From Piromyces finnis finn (lineage: Eukaryota; Fungi; Neocallimastigomycota): 21,560 nt of DNA. The notes beneath the pieces were generated by a model. It searched no databases, had not been told where the DNA came from, and worked only from the letters and a program-made list of their open reading frames with translations. This document shows, piece after piece, positions 19,143 to 21,560 of the stretch. Location: NCBI GenBank assembly GCA_002104945.1, contig MCFH01000171.1, positions 1 through 21,560 on the forward strand, written 5' to 3'. A program made the translations under genes and the position numbers. Position 1 is the stretch's first letter, and each line of letters starts with the position of its first letter.

Positions 19143-21460
19143 AACAATAACAATAATAACAATAACAATAATAATAATTATAATGATATAGAATATTATA
19201 AAGAATTATGTAAAAAAGTACAACCATTTTTATCAGATCATATACGAAAATACCTACAAACAATAACCAATGTAAAAAGTCTTACCCCACAAGCATTACC
19301 ATGCTATGGAATTGTTGTTATAGCAGATATTAGTGGTACTTTTCATTAATAATTTATTGCAATCTTATCTCTTATAAAAAAACATCTTCGATCAAATATA
19401 TATACATATTTTTTAAAGAATATTAATACTTAAATTACTTGCTAATAATTATTTTTGCCATATATATAAATATGTGTACTTCAAATATAAATGTAATCAT
19501 TTAACAGGATACAGTAAATTAGCATCAATACTAGCAGAGCAAGGCAGTATTGGTGCAGAAGTATTATCAAAAACAATGAATGGATATTTAGATATGCTAA
19601 TTGATGTAATTACAAGTTATGGAGGAGATCTAAGTAAATTTTTTTATTCATTTAATATACTATATTATATATAAAAAACATAATTATATGTTTGAAATTA
19701 TTAATTATAATACTAAATTATTTCTTATTTGAAATCAAATAGTAAAATTTGCAGGTAAGATTATTTAATTTTTTCATAATCATTAATTACATTTTAAAAT
19801 CATATGGATTAAATTATATTTTATATATTTTATATAATATTTATATATACATATTATATTATAACCAAATATTTTATCAAAAAAATGATTAAATAAAAAA
19901 TATGATACAAAAACCAAAAAACTTTTTCTAAAAATAAAAAAACATAACAGGTGATGCTGTAATATTTTGTTGGACATATGATCTTGGCAATGATATTGTG
20001 GAAAATACTGATTATGCAATTAATTTTTTTGATACTGGATATATGATAATAAATGTAATTATGTGTTGTTTGGAATTAATTAAAACAGTAAATGAAAATC
20101 CAATCTATATTCCTGGTTATCAAACAGTAACTGGGTTTACATATGGCATAGGTGCAGGAAATATGTTCATATTCATGTAGGAGGTCCTCCTGGACGTTGG
20201 GAACATTTTATTGCAGGTAAAAATTAATAATTACATTATTAATATTTTATTTTATTTTTAATATAAATTGATAAAAGCTATGTAAAAAAAAAAAAAAAAT
20301 AAAATCTATCATTATATCATGAAAATAAATCTAATGTAATTAATTAAATATTTTTATCAAACAAAATCTATAGGAAATGTAACAACACAATTATCTAAAT
20401 TGCTTGATGAAGCAAATCAGGTATGTTATAGAAAAATAAATATAAATATTCAATTTTAAATATTCATCTCTAAATAAAAAAATAATTTATTAAAAAGTAA
20501 AAATAAATAAACTAATTAATATATGCATAATAATCAATTAAATAAATAAAAAATAAATATGATATATATAGGGCAAATTGCAATATCTAATCAAGCATGG
20601 AAATATAATTAAAGGTTTCACCGATGAATTTAAAAAACATTTGACAATAAATAATAATGGAGATGGATGTGTAATTATTGAAAGCGGGAAAATTCCAGAT
20701 AATATTTTCAATATTGATAAAAAGAATCTTAGAAGTAATAGTGGAGCAAAGGAAGCGTGTTTGATAAAGATTATATAATAAATGGCGATATTATGTAAAT
20801 GTTAGTGCATTACATAAAATGGAAAGCGGTATCAGTAATCTTATAGAATTCAATGAGTTAAGAAAGGTTACCACGGTTTTTATACGGCTAACACAAATTA
20901 AATTTAATAGTAAAGATGATTTACAAATAGCACAGGAAGCGTTAAGTGCTGTTCAACGTATATTAGCCGTTCAAGAAGGAACGCTAAGGCAATTCTTATA
21001 TGATGATAAAGGAGCTGTTTATTACTATATTTTGGTATACCTCCATACTCTCATAATAATGATGCATTAAATGGTATTGAATCAGCATTGCAAATATGCT
21101 CAAATTTAAAAAAGAATTTTAGATGATTTTACAATTGGTGTAGGTACTGGGATGACATGGGTTGGTGGTATTGTTAGTATTCATGATTTTTTAATCAATC
21201 TACTACTATTAATAATAATGTAATCTATTAAAAATCCATAAATTTAATTATATATTAATTATTATATTTTCTTAAAAAAAATTAGGGAAATAGAATTCGT
21301 TCAGATTATTCAGTGGTATATATCTTGTATAATTTGTCTAATTTATAATATTTTTAAAATTAATAAATATAAAAATTCTAAATGTATATATGCATACATA
21401 AAAATAATTATATATATATATTTTTTTCAAAATAGGTTGGAGATTCAGTAAATATGGCTG
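19044..21460 (+). CDS. Soluble adenylyl cyclase (sAC/ADCY10-like, class III, tandem C1-C2 domains), 5' part; runs past the window end; contains apparent frameshifts
   Basis: Exons 19044-19335, 19508-19633, 19743-19754, 19951-20216, 20374-20420, 20572-21172, 21286-21315 and 21436-21460. C1 motifs are VIADISG, GAEVL, GGDLIKFAGDA and HVGGPPGRWEHFIAG. C2 motifs are NELRKVTTVF, YDDKG, FGIPPYSHNND, IGVGTG and GNRIRSDYSVVGDSVNMA. The K and S residues at the base-specifying positions suggest ATP as substrate. Confidence 0.9.
19083..19178 (+). repeat. Coding trinucleotide tract (ACT)8 plus AAT/AAC runs, giving poly-Thr/poly-Asn at the cyclase N-terminus
   Basis: Translation T8-N11-T-N12. Confidence 0.9.
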
Positions 21461-21560
21461 GTAACATCTAAACTATTATATTAAGTAATTAATTAGAAAT
21501 GAATAAATTTTATTAAAAATCTTTTTTTTATTTATTATAAAAACTTATATAATAAATAAT

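Noticed and set aside
19783-20019. Minus-strand 78-aa ORF
   Set aside because: Antisense to a cyclase intron and exon, with no homology signal.

Overview
Extremely AT-rich eukaryotic DNA with short GT-AG introns. The composition suggests an early-diverging fungus such as an anaerobic gut fungus (inference). Left to right: (1) a near full-length APE-endonuclease/RT non-LTR retrotransposon (LINE) ending in a 34-nt poly(A), preceded by two complete copies and one partial copy of a ~80-nt pseudoknot-capable RNA motif that fits no ribozyme class I know; (2) a truncated, internally deleted LINE relic of a related subfamily; (3) an intact 8-exon ABCF-family ATPase gene; (4) a long low-complexity Ser/Asn/Lys-rich ORF with an out-of-frame upstream ORF; (5) the 5' part of a soluble adenylyl cyclase (sAC/ADCY10-like) gene with a 12-nt microexon. 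Many frameshifts in the LINE 5' half and in the cyclase are repaired by adding one base to a homopolymer, so the assembly probably carries patchy indel errors. The most interesting signal is the repeated structured RNA motif upstream of the LINE ORF, a candidate new self-cleaving or 5'-processing RNA.
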